Source: the human T2T-CHM13v2.0 reference genome, Homo sapiens. Taken from it: a stretch of DNA of 64,000 nucleotides. Position numbers and translations under genes: made by a program. Below are positions 12,401 to 28,300 of the stretch, piece after piece. The number at the start of each line of letters is the position of its first letter. Position 1 is the stretch's first letter. Below the pieces are notes generated by a model. The model was not told the DNA's origin. It worked only from the letters and a program-made list of their open reading frames with translations, and made no database searches. Location: the NCBI RefSeq assembly GCF_009914755.1, contig NC_060939.1; one strand, 5' to 3'.

Positions 12401-15400
12401 CCATTAATCTCCATTCCATTCCATTCTACTCCAACTGATTCCATTCCATTCTATTCCTTTCCATTCCATTTCATTCCATTCCATTCCATTTCATTCCATT
12501 CCATTCCATTCGTGTCCATTCCACTCCAGTCCATTCCATTCGTGTCCATTCCATTCCAGTCCATTCCATTTGTGTCCACTGCATTCCATTCCACTCCATT
12601 CCATATTATTCCATTACACTCCATTCCATTCTATTACTTTCATTTCCATTCAATTCCATTCCAATTGATTCCATTCCACTCGGTTTCATTCCATTTGAGT
12701 CCACTCCATTCCATTCCATTCCATTCCATTCAGTTCCATTCCATTCTGTTCCATTCCATTCCGTTCCATTACATTCCATTCCATTCGGTACCATTCCATA
12801 TTGTTCCATTCGATTCCATTCGAATCCATTCCATTCCAGTCCATTCCATTCGATTCCATTCCATTCATTTCAATTCCATTCCATTCCATTCCATTACATT
12901 CCACTTGATTCCTCTCCATTCCCTTCCACTGCATTCCGTTCGATTCCATTCCATTGCATTGCATTCCATTCCATTGGATTGCATTCCATTCGATTCCATT
13001 CCATTCGAATCAATTACATAGCAATCCATTACATTCGAGTCTATTCTATTCCGTTCCATTCGATTTCGTTCCAATCCATTCGATTCCATTCCATTCGATT
13101 CCATTCCATACTATTGCATTCCATTCGATTACATTATATTCGAATAAGTTCCATTCAAGACCATTTCTTTTGAGTCCATTCTATTTGAGTCCATTCCCTT
13201 TGATTCCATAACATTTGAGTCCATTCAATTCCATTCCTTTCGTTTCCATTCCATTTGATGCCATTCCATTCAATTCTGTTCTACTCGACTCCAATACATT
13301 CAATTCCATTCCATCCGATTCCATTACATTCTTTTCATTTCTTATCCATTTCAAGCCATTCCACTCCATTCCATTCCACTCGTTTCCTTTCCATTCGAGT
13401 CCATTCCTCTCCAGTCCATTCCGTTCAATCCATTCCATTCCAGTCCATTCCATTCGAGTCCGTTCCATTCCAGTCCATTCCATTCGAGTCAATTCCATTC
13501 CATTCGATGTCTTTCCATAACGATCCATTCCATTCTATTCCTTTCGATTCCATTCCATTCTATTTCATTCCATTCGATTCCCTTCCATTGGACTCCTTTC
13601 CATTCGAGTGCATTCCATTCCTTTCCATTTCTTTCCGTTCTGTACGATTCCTACCGTTCGATTTCATTTTGTTCCAGTCCATTCCTTTCGCGTCCATTCC
13701 ATTCCATTTCACTCCATTCGATTCCATTCCACTCGATTCCACTTCGTTCCATTTCATTGCATTCCATTCTATTCAACTCTATTGCCTTCCATTCCATTCC
13801 ATTCAATTACATTCCATGCGATTCCATTCGAAATCGAATCAATTACATTGCAATCCATTACTATTGAGTCCGTTTTATTCCAGTCCACTGCATTCTGGTC
13901 CATTCCATTTGATTCCATTCCATTCTATTCCATTCCATACAGTTGCATTCCATTGGATTCCATGCTATATCTATAAATTCAATTCGAGACCATTGCTTTT
14001 GAGTCCATTCTATATGATTCCATTCCATTCAAGTCCATTACATTTGGTTCAATTCCATTCCATTCCATTCCCTTCCATTCCATTCCATTTGATATCAATC
14101 CATTCGATTCCATTCCATTCGAGCACATTCCATTCGAGTCCATTCCATTCGATGCCATTCCATTTGATTCTATTCCATTAGTCTCCATTCAATTCCATTA
14201 ATCTCCATTCCATTCCATTCTACTCCAACTGATTCCATTCCATTCTATTCCTTTCCATTCCATTTCATTCCATTCCATTCCATTTCATTCCATTCCATTC
14301 CATTCGTGTCCATTCCACTCCAGTCCATTCCATTCGTGTCCATTCCATTCCAGTCCATTCCATTTGTGTCCACTGCATTCCATTCCACTCCATTCCATAT
14401 TATTCCATTACACTCCATTCCATTCTATTACTTTCATTTCCATTCAATTCCATTCCATTTGATTCCATTCCACTCGGTTTCATTCCATTTGAGTCCACTC
14501 CATTCCATTCCATTCCATTCCATTCAGTTCCATTCCATTCTGTTCCATTCCATTCCGTTCCATTACATTCCATTCCATTCGGTACCATTCCATATTGTTC
14601 CATTCGATTCCATTCGAATCCATTCCATTCCAGTCCATTCCATTCGATTCCATTCCATTCATTTCAATTCCATTCCATTCCATTCCATTGCATTCCACTT
14701 GATTCCTCTCCATTCCCTTCCACTGCATTCCGTTCGATTCCATTCCATTGCATTGCATTCCATTCCATTGGATTGCATTCCATTCGATTCCATTCCATTC
14801 GAATCAATTACATAGCAATCCATTACATTCGAGTCTATTCTATTCCGTTCCATTCGATTTCGTTCCAATCCATTCGATTCCATTCCATTCGATTCCATTC
14901 CATACTATTGCATTCCATTCGATTACATTATATTCGAATAAGTTCCATTCAAGACCATTTCTTTTGAGTCCATTCTATTTGAGTCCATTCCCTTTGATTC
15001 CATAACATTTGAGTCCATTCAATTCCATTCCTTTCGTTTCCATTCCATTTGATGCCATTCCATTCAATTCTGTTCTACTCGACTCCAATACATTCAATTC
15101 CATTCCATCCGATTCCATTACATTCTTTTCATTTCTTATCCATTTCAAGCCATTCCACTCCATTCCATTCCACTCGTTTCCTTTCCATTCGAGTCCATTC
15201 CTCTCCAGTCCATTCCGTTCAATCCATTCCATTCCAGTCCATTCCATTCGAGTCCGTTCCATTCCAGTCCATTCCATTCGAGTCAATTCCATCCCATTCG
15301 ATGTCTTTCCATAACGATCCATTCCATTCTATTCCTTTCGATTCCATTCCATTCTATTTCATTCCATTCGATTCCCTTCCATTGGCCTCCTTTCCATTCG

Positions 15401-18400
15401 AGTGCATTCCATTCCGTTCCATTTCTTTCCGTTCTGTACGATTCCTACCGTTCGATTTCATTTTGTTCCAGTCCATTCCTTTCGCGTCCATTCCATTCCA
15501 TTTCACTCCATTCGATTCCATTCCACTCGATTCCACTTCGTTCCATTTCATTGCATTCCATTCTATTCAACTCTATTGCCTTCCATTCCATTCCATTCGA
15601 TTACATTCCATGCGATTCCATTCGAAATCGAATCAATTACATTGCAATCCATTACTATTGATTCCATTTTATTCCAGTCCACTGCATTCTGGTCCATTCC
15701 ATTTGATTCCATTCCATTCTATTCCATTCCATACAGTTGCATTCCATTGGATTCCATTCTATATCTATAAATTCAATTCGAGACCATTGCTTTTGAGTCC
15801 ATTCTATATGATTCCATTCCATTCATTTCCATTACATTTGGTTCAATTCCATTCCATTCCATTCCCTTCCATTCCATTCCAGTTGATATCAATCCATTCG
15901 ATTCCATTCCATTCGAGCACATTCCATTCGAGTCCATTCCATTCGATGCCATTCCATTTGATTCTATTCCATTAGTCTCCATTCAATTCCATTAATCTCC
16001 ATTCCATTCCATTCTACTCCAACTGATTCCATTCCATTCTATTCCTTTCCATTCCATTTCATTCCATTCCATTCCATTTCATTCCATTCCATTCCATTCC
16101 ATTCCATTCCATTCGCTTCCATTCCATTCGTGTCCATTCCATTCCAGTCCATTCCATTTGTGTCCACTGCATTCCATTCCACTCCATTCCATATTATTCC
16201 ATTACACTCCATTCCATTCTATTACTTTCATTTCCATTCAATTCCATTCCATTTGATTCCATTCCACTCGGTTTCATTCCATTTGAGTCCACTCCATTCC
16301 ATTCCATTCCATTCCATTCAGTTCCATTCCATTCTGTTCCATTCCATTCCGTTCCATTACATTCCATTCCATTCGGTACCATTCCATATTGTTCCATTCG
16401 ATTCCATTCGAATCCATTCCATTCCAGTCCATTCCATTCGATTCCATTCCATTCATTTCAATTCCATTCCATTCCATTCCATTACATTCCACTTGATTCC
16501 TCTCCATTCCCTTCCACTGCATTCCGTTCGATTCCATTCCATTGCATTGCATTCCATTCCATTGGATTGCATTCCATTCGATTCCATTCCATTCGAATCA
16601 ATTACATAGCAATCCATTACATTCGAGTCTATTCTGTTCCGATCCATTCGATTTCGTTCCAATCCATTCGATTCCATTCCATTCGATTCCATTCCATACT
16701 ATTGCATTCCATTCGATTACATTATATTCGAATAAGTTCCATTCAAGACCATTTCTTTTGAGTCCATTCTATTTGAGTCCATTCCCTTTGATTCCATAAC
16801 ATTTGAGTCCATTCAATTCCATTCCTTTCGTTTCCATTCCATTTGATGCCATTCCATTCAATTCTGTTCTACTCGACTCCAATACATTCAATTCCATTCC
16901 ATCCGATTCCATTACATTCTTTTCATTTCTTATCCATTTCAAGCCATTCCACTCCATTCCATTCCACTCGTTTCCTTTCCATTCGAGTCCATTCCTCTCC
17001 AGTCCATTCCGTTCAATCCATTCCATTCCAGTCCATTCCATTCGAGTCCGTTCCATTCCAGTCCATTCCATTCGAGTCAATTCCATTCCATTCGATGTCT
17101 TTCCATAACGATCCATTCCATTCTATTCCTTTCGATTCCATTCCATTCTATTTCATTCCATTCGATTCCCTTCCATTGGACTCCTTTCCATTCGAGTGCA
17201 TTCCATTCCGTTCCATTTCTTTCCGTTCTGTACGATTCCTACCGTTCGATTTCATTTTGTTCCAGTCCATTCCTTTCGCGTCCATTCCATTCCATTTCAC
17301 TACATTCGATTCCATTCCATTCGATTCCATTCTACTCGATTCCACTTCGTTCCATTTCATTGCATTCCATTCTATTCAACTCTATTGCCTTCCATTCCAT
17401 TCCATTCGATTACATTCCATGCGATTCCATTCGAAATCGAATCAATTACATTGCAATCCATTACTATTGAGTCCGTTTTATTCCAGTCCACTGCTTTCTG
17501 GTCCATTCCATTTGATTCCATTCCATTCTATTCCATTCCATACAGTTGCATTCCATTGGATTCCATGCTATATCTATAAATTCAATTCGAGACCATTGCT
17601 TTTGAGTCCATTCTATATGATTCCATTCCATTCAAGTCCATTACATTTGGTTCAATTCCATTCCATTCCATTCCCTTCCATTACATTCCATTTGATATCA
17701 ATCCATTCGATTCCATTCCATTCGAGCACATTCCATTCGAGTCCATTCCATTCGATGCCATTCCATTTGATTCTATTCCATTAGTCTCCATTCAATTCCA
17801 TTAATCTCCATTCCATTCCATTCTACTCCAACTGATTCCATTCCATTCTATTCCTTTCCATTCCATTTCATTGCATTCCATTCCATTTCATTCCATTCCA
17901 TTCCATTCGTGTCCATTCCACTCCAGTCCATTCCATTCGTGTCCATTCCATTCCAGTCCATTCCATTTGTGTCCACTGCATTCCATTCCACTCCATTCCA
18001 TATTATTCCATTACACTCCATTCCATTCTATTACTTTCATTTCCATTCAATTCCATTCCATTTGATTCCATTCCACTCGGTTTCATTCCATTTGAGTCCA
18101 CTCCATTCCATTCCATTCCATTCCATTCAGTTCCATTCCATTCTGTTCCATTCCATTCCGTTCCATTACATTCCATTCCATTCGGTACCATTCCATATTG
18201 TTCCATTCGATTCCATTCGAATCCATTCCATTCCAGTCCATTCCATTCGATTCCATTCCATTCATTTCAATTCCATTCCATTCCATTCCATTACATTCCA
18301 CTTGATTCCTCTCCATTCCCTTCCACTGCATTCCGTTCGATTCCATTCCATCGCATTGCATTCCATTCCATTGGATTGCATTCCATTCGATTCCATTCCA

Positions 18401-19309
18401 TTCGAATCAATTACATAGCAATCCATTACATTCGAGTCTATTCTCTTCCGTTCCATTCGATTTCGTTCCAATCCATTTGATTCCATTCCATTCGATTCCA
18501 TTCCATACTATTGCATTCCATTCGATTACATTATATTCGAATAAGTTCCATTCAAGACCATTTCTTTTGAGTCCATTCTATTTGAGTCCATTCCCTTTGA
18601 TTCCATAACATTTGAGTCCATTCAATTCCATTCCTTTCGTTTCCATTCCATTTGATGCCATTCCATTCAATTCTGTTCTACTCGACTCCAATACATTCAA
18701 TTCCATTCCATCCGATTCCATTACATTCTTTTCATTTCTTATCCATTTCAAGCCATTCCACTCCATTCCATTCCACTCGTTTCCATTCCATTCGAGTCCA
18801 TTCCTCTCCAGTCCATTCCGTTCAATCCATTCCATTCCAGTCCATTCCATTCGAGTCCGTTCCATTCCAGTCCATTCCATTCGAGTCAATTCCATCCCAT
18901 TCGATGTCTTTCCATAACGATCCATTCCATTCTATTCCTTTTGATTCCATTCCATTCTATTTCATTCCATTCGATTCCCTTCCATTGGACTCCTTTCCAT
19001 TCGAGTGCATTCCATTCCGTTCCATTTCTTTCCGTTCTGTACGATTCCTACCGTTCGATTTCATTTTGTTCCAGTCCATTCCTTTCGCGTCCATTCCATT
19101 CCATTTCACTCCATTCGATTCCATTCCACTCGATTCCACTTCGTTCCATTTCATTGCATTCCATTCTATTCAACTCTATTGCCTTCCATTCCATTCCATT
19201 CGATTACATTCCATGCGATTCCATTCGAAATCGAATCAATTACATTGCAATCCATTACTATTGAGTCCATTTCATTCCAGTCCACTGCATTCTGGTCCAT
19301 TCCGTTTGA

Positions 19310-22300
19310 TTCCATTCCATTCTATTCCATTCCATACAGTTGCATTCCATTGGATTCCATTCTATATCTATAAATTCAATTCGAGACCATTGCTTTTGAG
19401 TCCATTCTATATGATTCCATTCCATTCATTTCCATTACATTTGGTTCAATTCCATTCCATTCCATTCCCTTCCATTCCATTCCAGTTGATATCAATCCAT
19501 TCGATTCCATTCCATTCGAGCACATTCCATTCGAGTCCATTCCATTCGATGCCATTCCATTTGATTCTATTCCATTAGTCTCCATTCAATTCCATTAATC
19601 TCCATTCCATTCCATTCTACTCCAACTGATTCCATTCCATTCTATTCCTTTCCATTCCATTTCATTCCATTCCATTCCATTTCATTCCATTCCATTCCAT
19701 TCCATTCCATTCCATTCGCTTCCATTCCATTCGTGTCCATTCCATTCCAGTCCATTCCATTTGTGTCCACTGCATTCCATTCCACTCCATTCCATATTAT
19801 TCCATTACACTCCATTCCATTCTATTACTTTCATTTCCATTCAATTCCATTCCATTTGATTCCATTCCACTCGGTTTCATTCCATTTGAGTCCACTCCAT
19901 TCCATTCCATTCCATTCCATTCAGTTCCATTCCATTCTGTTCCATTCCATTCCGTTCCATTACATTCCATTCCATTCGGTACCATTCCATATTGTTCCAT
20001 TCGATTCCATTCGAATCCATTCCATTCCAGTCCATTCCATTCGATTCCATTCCATTCATTTCAATTCCATTCCATTCCATTCCATTACATTCCACTTGAT
20101 TCCTCTCCATTCCCTTCCACTGCATTCCGTTCGATTCCATTCCATTGCATTGCATTCCATTCCATTGGATTGCATTCCATTCGATTCCATTCCATTCGAA
20201 TCAATTACATAGCAATCCATTACATTCGAGTCTATTCTATTCCGTTCCATTCGATTTCGTTCCAATCCATTCGATTCCATTCCATTCGATTCCCTTCCAT
20301 ACTATTGCATTCCATTCGATTACATTATATTCGAATAAGTTCCATTCAAGACCATTTCTTTTGAGTCCATTCTATTTGAGTCCATTCCCTTTGATTCCAT
20401 AACATTTGAGTCCATTCAATTCCATTCCTTTCGTTTCCATTCCATTTGATGCCATTCCATTCAATTCTGTTCTACTCGACTCCAATACATTCAATTCCAT
20501 TCCATCCGATTCCATTACATTCTTTTCATTTCTTATCCATTTCAAGCCATTCCACTCCATTCCATTCCACTCGTTTCCTTTCCATTCGAGTCCATTCCTC
20601 TCCAGTCCATTCCGTTCAATCCTTTCCATTCCAGTCCATTCCATTCGAGTCCGTTCCATTCCAGTCCATTCCATTCGAGTCAATTCCATTCCATTCGATG
20701 TCTTTCCATAACGATCCATTCCATTCTATTCCTTTCGATTCCATTCCATTCTATTTCATTCCATTCGATTCCCTTCCATTGGACTCCTTTCCATTCGAGT
20801 GCATTCCATTCCTTTCCATTTCTTTCCGTTCTGTACGATTCCTACCGTTCGATTTCATTTTGTTCCAGTCCATTCCTTTCGCGTCCATTCCATTCCATTT
20901 CACTCCATTCGATTCCATTCCACTCGATTCCACTTCGTTCCATTTCATTGCATTCCATTCTATTCAACTCTATTGCTTTCATTCCATTCCATTTGATTAC
21001 ATTCCATGCAATTCCATTCGAAATCGGATCAATTACATTGCAATCCATTACTATTGAGTCCGTTTTATTCCAGTCCACTGCATTCTGGTCCATTCCATTT
21101 GATTCCATTCCATTCTATTCCATTCCATACAGTTGCATTCCATTGGATTCCATGCTATATCTATAAATTCAATTCGAGACCATTGCTTTTGAGTCCATTC
21201 TATATGATTCCATTCCATTCAAGTCCATTACATTTGGTTCAATTCCATTCCATTCCATTCCCTTCCATTCCATTCCATTTGATATCAATCCATTCGATTC
21301 CATTCCATTCGAGCACATTCCATTCGAGTCCATTCCATTCGATGCCATTCCATTTGATTCTATTCCATTAGTCTCCATTCAATTCCATTAATCTCCATTC
21401 CATTCCATTCTACTCCAACTGATTCCATTCCATTCTATTCCTTTCCATTCCATTTCATTCCATTCCATTCCATTTCATTCCATTCCATTCCATTCGCGTC
21501 CATTCCACTCCAGTCCATTCCATTCGTGTCCATTCCATTCCAGTCCATTCCATTTGTGTCCACTGCATTCCATTCCACTCCATTCCATATGATTCCATTA
21601 CACTCCATTCCATTCTATTACTTTCATTTCCATTCAATTCCATTCCATTTGATTCCATTCCACTCGGTTTCATTCCATTTGAGTCCACTCCATTCCATTC
21701 CATTCCATTCCATTCAGTTCCATTCCATTCTGTTCCATTCCATTCCGTTCCATTACATTCCATTCCATTCGGTACCATTCCATATTGTTCCATTCGATTC
21801 CATTCGAATCCATTCCATTCCAGTCCATTCCATTCGATTCCATTCCATTCATTTCAATTCCATTCCATTCCATTCCATTACATTCCACTTGATTCCTCTC
21901 CATTCCCTTCCACTGCATTCCGTTCGATTCCATTCCATTGCATTGCATTCCATTCCATTGGATTGCATTCCATTCGATTCCATTCCATTCGAATCAATTA
22001 CATAGCAATCCATTACATTCGAGTCTATTCTCTTCCGATCCATTCGATTTCGTTCCAATCCATTCGATTCCATTCCATTCGATTCCATTCCATACTATTG
22101 CATTCCATTCGATTACATTATATTCGAATAAGTTCCATTCAAGACCATTTCTTTTGAGTCCATTCTATTTGAGTCCATTCCCTTTGATTCCATAACATTT
22201 GAGTCCATTCAATTCCATTCCTTTCGTTTCCATTCCATTTGATGCCATTCCATTCAATTCTGTTCTACTCGACTCCAATACATTCAATTCCATTCCATCC

Positions 22301-25300
22301 GATTCCATTACATTCTTTTCATTTCTTATCCATTTCAAGCCATTCCACTCCATTCCATTCCACTCGTTTCCTTTCCATTCGAGTCCATTCCTCTCCAGTC
22401 CATTCCGTTCAATCCATTCCATTCCAGTCCATTCCATTCGAGTCCGTTCCATTCCAGTCCATTCCATTCGAGTCAATTCCATTCCATTCGATGTCTTTCC
22501 ATAACGATCCATTCCATTCTATTCCTTTCGATTCCATTCCATTCTATTTCATTCCATTCGATTCCCTTCCATTGGACTCCTTTCCATTCGAGTGCATTCC
22601 ATTCCGTTCCATTTCTTTCCGTTCTGTACGATTCCTACCGTTCGATTTCATTTTGTTCCAGTCCATTCCTTTCGCGTCCATTCCATTCCATTTCACTACA
22701 TTCGATTCCATTCCATTCGATTCCATTCTACTCGATTCCACTTCGTTCCATTTCATTGCATTCCATTCTATTCAACTCTATTGCCTTCCATTCCATTCCA
22801 TTCGATTACATTCCATGCGATTCCATTCGAAATCGAATCAATTACATTGCAATCCATTACTATTGAGTCCGTTTTATTCCAGTCCACTGCTTTCTGGTCC
22901 ATTCCATTTGATTCCATTCCATTCTATTCCATTCCATACAGTTGCATTCCATTGGATTCCATGCTATATCTATAAATTCAATTCGAGACCATTGCTTTTG
23001 AGTCCATTCTATATGATTCCATTCCATTCAAGTCCATTACATTTGGTTCAATTCCATTCCATTCCATTCCCTTCCATTACATTCCATTTGATATCAATCC
23101 ATTCGATTCCATTCCATTCGAGCACATTCCATTCGAGTCCATTCCATTCGATGCCATTCCATTTGATTCTATTCCATTAGTCTCCATTCAATTCCATTAA
23201 TCTCCATTCCATTCCATTCTACTCCAACTGATTCCATTCCATTCTATTCCTTTCCATTCCATTTCATTGCATTCCATTCCATTTCATTCCATTCCATTCC
23301 ATTCGTGTCCATTCCACTCCAGTCCATTCCATTCGTGTCCATTCCATTCCAGTCCATTCCATTTGTGTCCACTGCATTCCATTCCACTCCATTCCATATT
23401 ATTCCATTACAATCCATTCCATTCTATTACTTTCATTTCCATTCAATTCCATTCCATTTGATTCCATTCCACTCGGTTTCATTCCATTTGAGTCCACTCC
23501 ATTCCATTCCATTCCATTCCATTCAGTTCCATTCCATTCTGTTCCATTCCATTCCGTTCCATTACATTCCATTCCATTCGGTACCATTCCATATTGTTCC
23601 ATTCGATTCCATTCGAATCCATTCCATTCCAGTCCATTCCATTCGATTCCATTCCATTCATTTCAATTCCATTCCATTCCATTCCATTCCATTCCACTTG
23701 ATCCCTCTCCATTCCCTTCCACTGCATTCCGTTCGATTCCATTCCATTGCATTGCATTCCATTCCATTGGATTGCATTCCATTCCATTCCATTCCATTCG
23801 AATCAATTACATAGCAATCCATTACATTCGAGTCTATTCTATTCCGTTCCATTCGATTTCGTTCCAATCCATTCGATTCCATTCCATTCGATTCCATTCC
23901 ATACTATTGCATTCCATTCGATTAGATTATATTCGAATAAGTTCCATTCAAGACCATTTCTTTTGAGTCCATTCTATTTGAGTCCATTCCCTTTGATTCC
24001 ATAACATTTGAGTCCATTCAATTCCATTCCTTTCGTTTCCATTCCATTTGATGCCATTCCATTCAATTCTGTTCTACTCGACTCCAATACATTCAATTCC
24101 ATTCCATCCGATTCCATTACATTCTTTTCATTTCTTATCCATTTCAAGCCATTCCACTCCATTCCATTCCACTCGTTTCCTTTCCATTCGAGTCCATTCC
24201 TCTCCAGTCCATTCCGTTCAATCCATTCCATTCCAGTCCATTCCATTCGAGTCCGTTCCATTCCAGTCCATTCCATTCGAGTCAATTCCATTCCATTCGA
24301 TGTCTTTCCATAACGATCCATTCCATTCTATTCCTTTCGATTCCATTCCATTCTATTTCATTCCATTCGATTCCCTTCCATTGGACTCCTTTCCATTCGA
24401 GTGCATTCCATTCCTTTCCATTTCTTTCCGTTCTGTACGATTCCTACCGTTCGATTTCATTTTGTTCCAGTCCATTCCTTTCGCGTCCATTCCATTCCAT
24501 TTCACTACATTCGATTCCATTCCATTCGATTCCATTCTACTCGATTCCACTTCGTTCCATTTCATTGCATTCCATTCTATTCAACTCTATTGCCTTCCAT
24601 TCCATTCCATTCGATTACATTCCATGCGATTCCATTCGAAATCGAATCAATTACATTGCAATCCATTACTATTGAGTCCGTTTTATTCCAGTCCACTGCT
24701 TTCTGGTCCATTCCATTTGATTCCATTCCATTCTATTCCATTCCATACAGTTGCATTCCATTGGATTCCATGCTATATCTATAAATTCAATTCGAGACCA
24801 TTGCTTTTGAGTCCATTCTATATGATTCCATTCCATTCAAGTCCATTACATTTGGTTCAATTCCATTCCATTCCATTCCCTTCCATTCCATTCCATTTGA
24901 TATCAATCCATTCGATTCCATTCCATTCGAGCACATTCCATTCGAGTCCATTCCATTCGATGCCATTCCATTTGATTCTATTCCATTAGTCTCCATTCAA
25001 TTCCATTAATCTCCATTCCATTCCATTCTACTCCAACTGATTCCATTCCATTCTATTCCTTTCCATTCCATTTCATTCCATTCCATTCCATTTCATTCCA
25101 TTCCATTCCATTCGTGTCCATTCCACTCCAGTCCATTCCATTCGTGTCCATTCCATTCCAGTCCATTCCATTTGTGTCCACTGCATTCCATTCCACTCCA
25201 TTCCATATTATTCCATTACACTCCATTCCATTCTATTACTTTCATTTCCATTCAATTCCATTCCATTTGATTCCATTCCACTCGGTTTCATTCCATTTGA

Positions 25301-28300
25301 GTCCACTCCATTCCATTCCATTCCATTCCATTCAGTTCCATTCCATTCTGTTCCATTCCATTCCGTTCCATTACATTCCATTCCATTCGGTACCATTCCA
25401 TATTGTTCCATTCGATTCCATTCGAATCCATTCCATTCCAGTCCATTCCATTCGATTCCATTCCATTCATTTCAATTCCATTCCATTCCATTCCATTACA
25501 TTCCACTTGATTCCTCTCCATTCCCTTCCACTGCATTCCGTTCGATTCCATTCCATTGCATTGCATTCCATTCCATTGGATTGCATTCCATTCTATTCCA
25601 TTCCATTCGAATCAATTACATAGCAATCTATTACATTCGAGTCTATTCTATTCCGTTCCATTCGATTTCGTTCCAATCCATTCGATTCCATTCCATTCGA
25701 TTCCATTCCATACTATTGCATTCCATTCGATTACATTATATTCGAATAAGTTCCATTCAAGACCATTTCTTTTGAGTCCATTCTATTTGAGTCCATTCCC
25801 TTTGATTCCATAACATTTGAGTCCATTCAATTCCATTCCTTTCGTTTCCATTCCATTTGATGCCATTCCATTCAATTCTGTTCTACTCGACTCCAATACA
25901 TTCAATTCCATTCCATCCGATTCCATTACATTCTTTTCATTTCTTATCCATTTCAAGCCATTCCACTCCATTCCATTCCACTCGTTTCCTTTCCATTCGA
26001 GTCCATTCCTCTCCAGTCCATTCCGTTCAATCCATTCCATTCCAGTCCATTCCATTCGAGTCCGTTCCATTCCAGTCCATTCCATTCGAGTCAATTCCAT
26101 TCCATTCGATGTCTTTCCATAACGATCCATTCCATTCTATTCCTTTCGATTCCATTCCATTCTATTTCATTCCATTCGATTCCCTTCCATTGGACTCCTT
26201 TCCATTCGAGTGCATTCCATTCCTTTCCATTTCTTTCCGTTCTGTACGATTCCTACCGTTCGATTTCATTTTGTTCCAGTCCATTCCTTTCGCGTCCATT
26301 CCATTCCATTTCACTCCATTCGATTCCATTCCACTCGATTCCACTTCGTTCCATTTCATTGCATTCCATTCTATTCAACTCTATTGCCTTCCATTCCATT
26401 CCATTCAATTACATTCCATGCGATTCCATTCGAAATCGAATCAATTACATTGCAATCCATTACTATTGAGTCCGTTTTATTCCAGTCCACTGCATTCTGG
26501 TCCATTCCATTTGATTCCATTCCATTCTATTCCATTCCATACAGTTGCATTCCATTGGATTCCATTCTATATCTATAAATTCAATTCGAGACCATTGCTT
26601 TTGAGTCCATTCTATATGATTCCATTCCATTCATTTCCATTACATTTGGTTCAATTCCATTCCATTCCATTCCCTTCCATTCCATTCCAGTTGATATCAA
26701 TCCATTCGATTCCATTCCATTCGAGCACATTCCATTCGAGTCCATTCCATTCGATGCCATTCCATTTGATTCTATTCCATTAGTCTCCATTCAATTCCAT
26801 TAATCTCCATTCCATTCCATTCTACTCCAACTGATTCCATTCCATTCTATTCCTTTCCATTCCATTTCATTCCATTCCATTCCATTTCATTCCATTCCAT
26901 TCCATTCCATTCCATTCCATTCGCTTCCATTCCATTCGTGTCCATTCCATTCCAGTCCATTCCATTTGTGTCCACTGCATTCCATTCCACTCCATTCCAT
27001 ATTATTCCATTACACTCCATTCCATTCTATTACTTTCATTTCCATTCAATTCCATTCCATTTGATTCCATTCCACTCGGTTTCATTCCATTTGAGTCCAC
27101 TCCATTCCATTCCATTCCATTCCATTCAGTTCCATTCCATTCTGTTCCATTCCATTCCGTTCCATTACATTCCATTCCATTCGGTACCATTCCATATTGT
27201 TCCATTCGATTCCATTCGAATCCATTCCATTCCAGTCCATTCCATTCGATTCCATTCCATTCATTTCAATTCCATTCCATTCCATTCCATTCCATTCCAC
27301 TTGATTCCTCTCCATTCCCTTCCACTGCATTCCGTTCGATTCCATTCCATTGCATTGCATTCCATTCCATTGGATTGCATTCCATTCGATTCCATTCCAT
27401 TCGAATCAATTACATAGCAATCCATTACATTCGAGTCTATTCTATTCCGTTCCATTCGATTTCGTTCCAATCCATTCGATTCCATTCCATTCGATTCCCT
27501 TCCATACTATTGCATTCCATTCGATTACATTATATTCGAATAAGTTCCATTCAAGACCATTTCTTTTGAGTCCATTCTATTTGAGTCCATTCCCTTTGAT
27601 TCCATAACATTTGAGTCCATTCAATTCCATTCCTTTCGTTTCCATTCCATTTGATGCCATTCCATTCAATTCTGTTCTACTCGACTCCAATACATTCAAT
27701 TCCATTCCATCCGATTCCATTACATTCTTTTCATTTCTTATCCATTTCAAGCCATTCCACTCCATTCCATTCCACTCGTTTCCTTTCCATTCGAGTCCAT
27801 TCCTCTCCAGTCCATTCCGTTCAATCCTTTCCATTCCAGTCCATTCCATTCGAGTCCGTTCCATTCCAGTCCATTCCATTCGAGTCAATTCCATTCCATT
27901 CGATGTCTTTCCATAACGATCCATTCCATTCTATTCCTTTCGATTCCATTCCATTCTATTTCATTCCATTCGATTCCCTTCCATTGGACTCCTTTCCATT
28001 CGAGTGCATTCCATTCCTTTCCATTTCTTTCCGTTCTGTACGATTCCTACCGTTCGATTTCATTTTGTTCCAGTCCATTCCTTTCGCGTCCATTCCATTC
28101 CATTTCACTCCATTCGATTCCATTCCACTCGATTCCACTTCGTTCCATTTCATTGCATTCCATTCTATTCAACTCTATTGCTTTCATTCCATTCCATTTG
28201 ATTACATTCCATGCAATTCCATTCGAAATCGGATCAATTACATTGCAATCCATTACTATTGAGTCCATTTTATTCCAGTCCACTGCATTCTGGTCCATTC

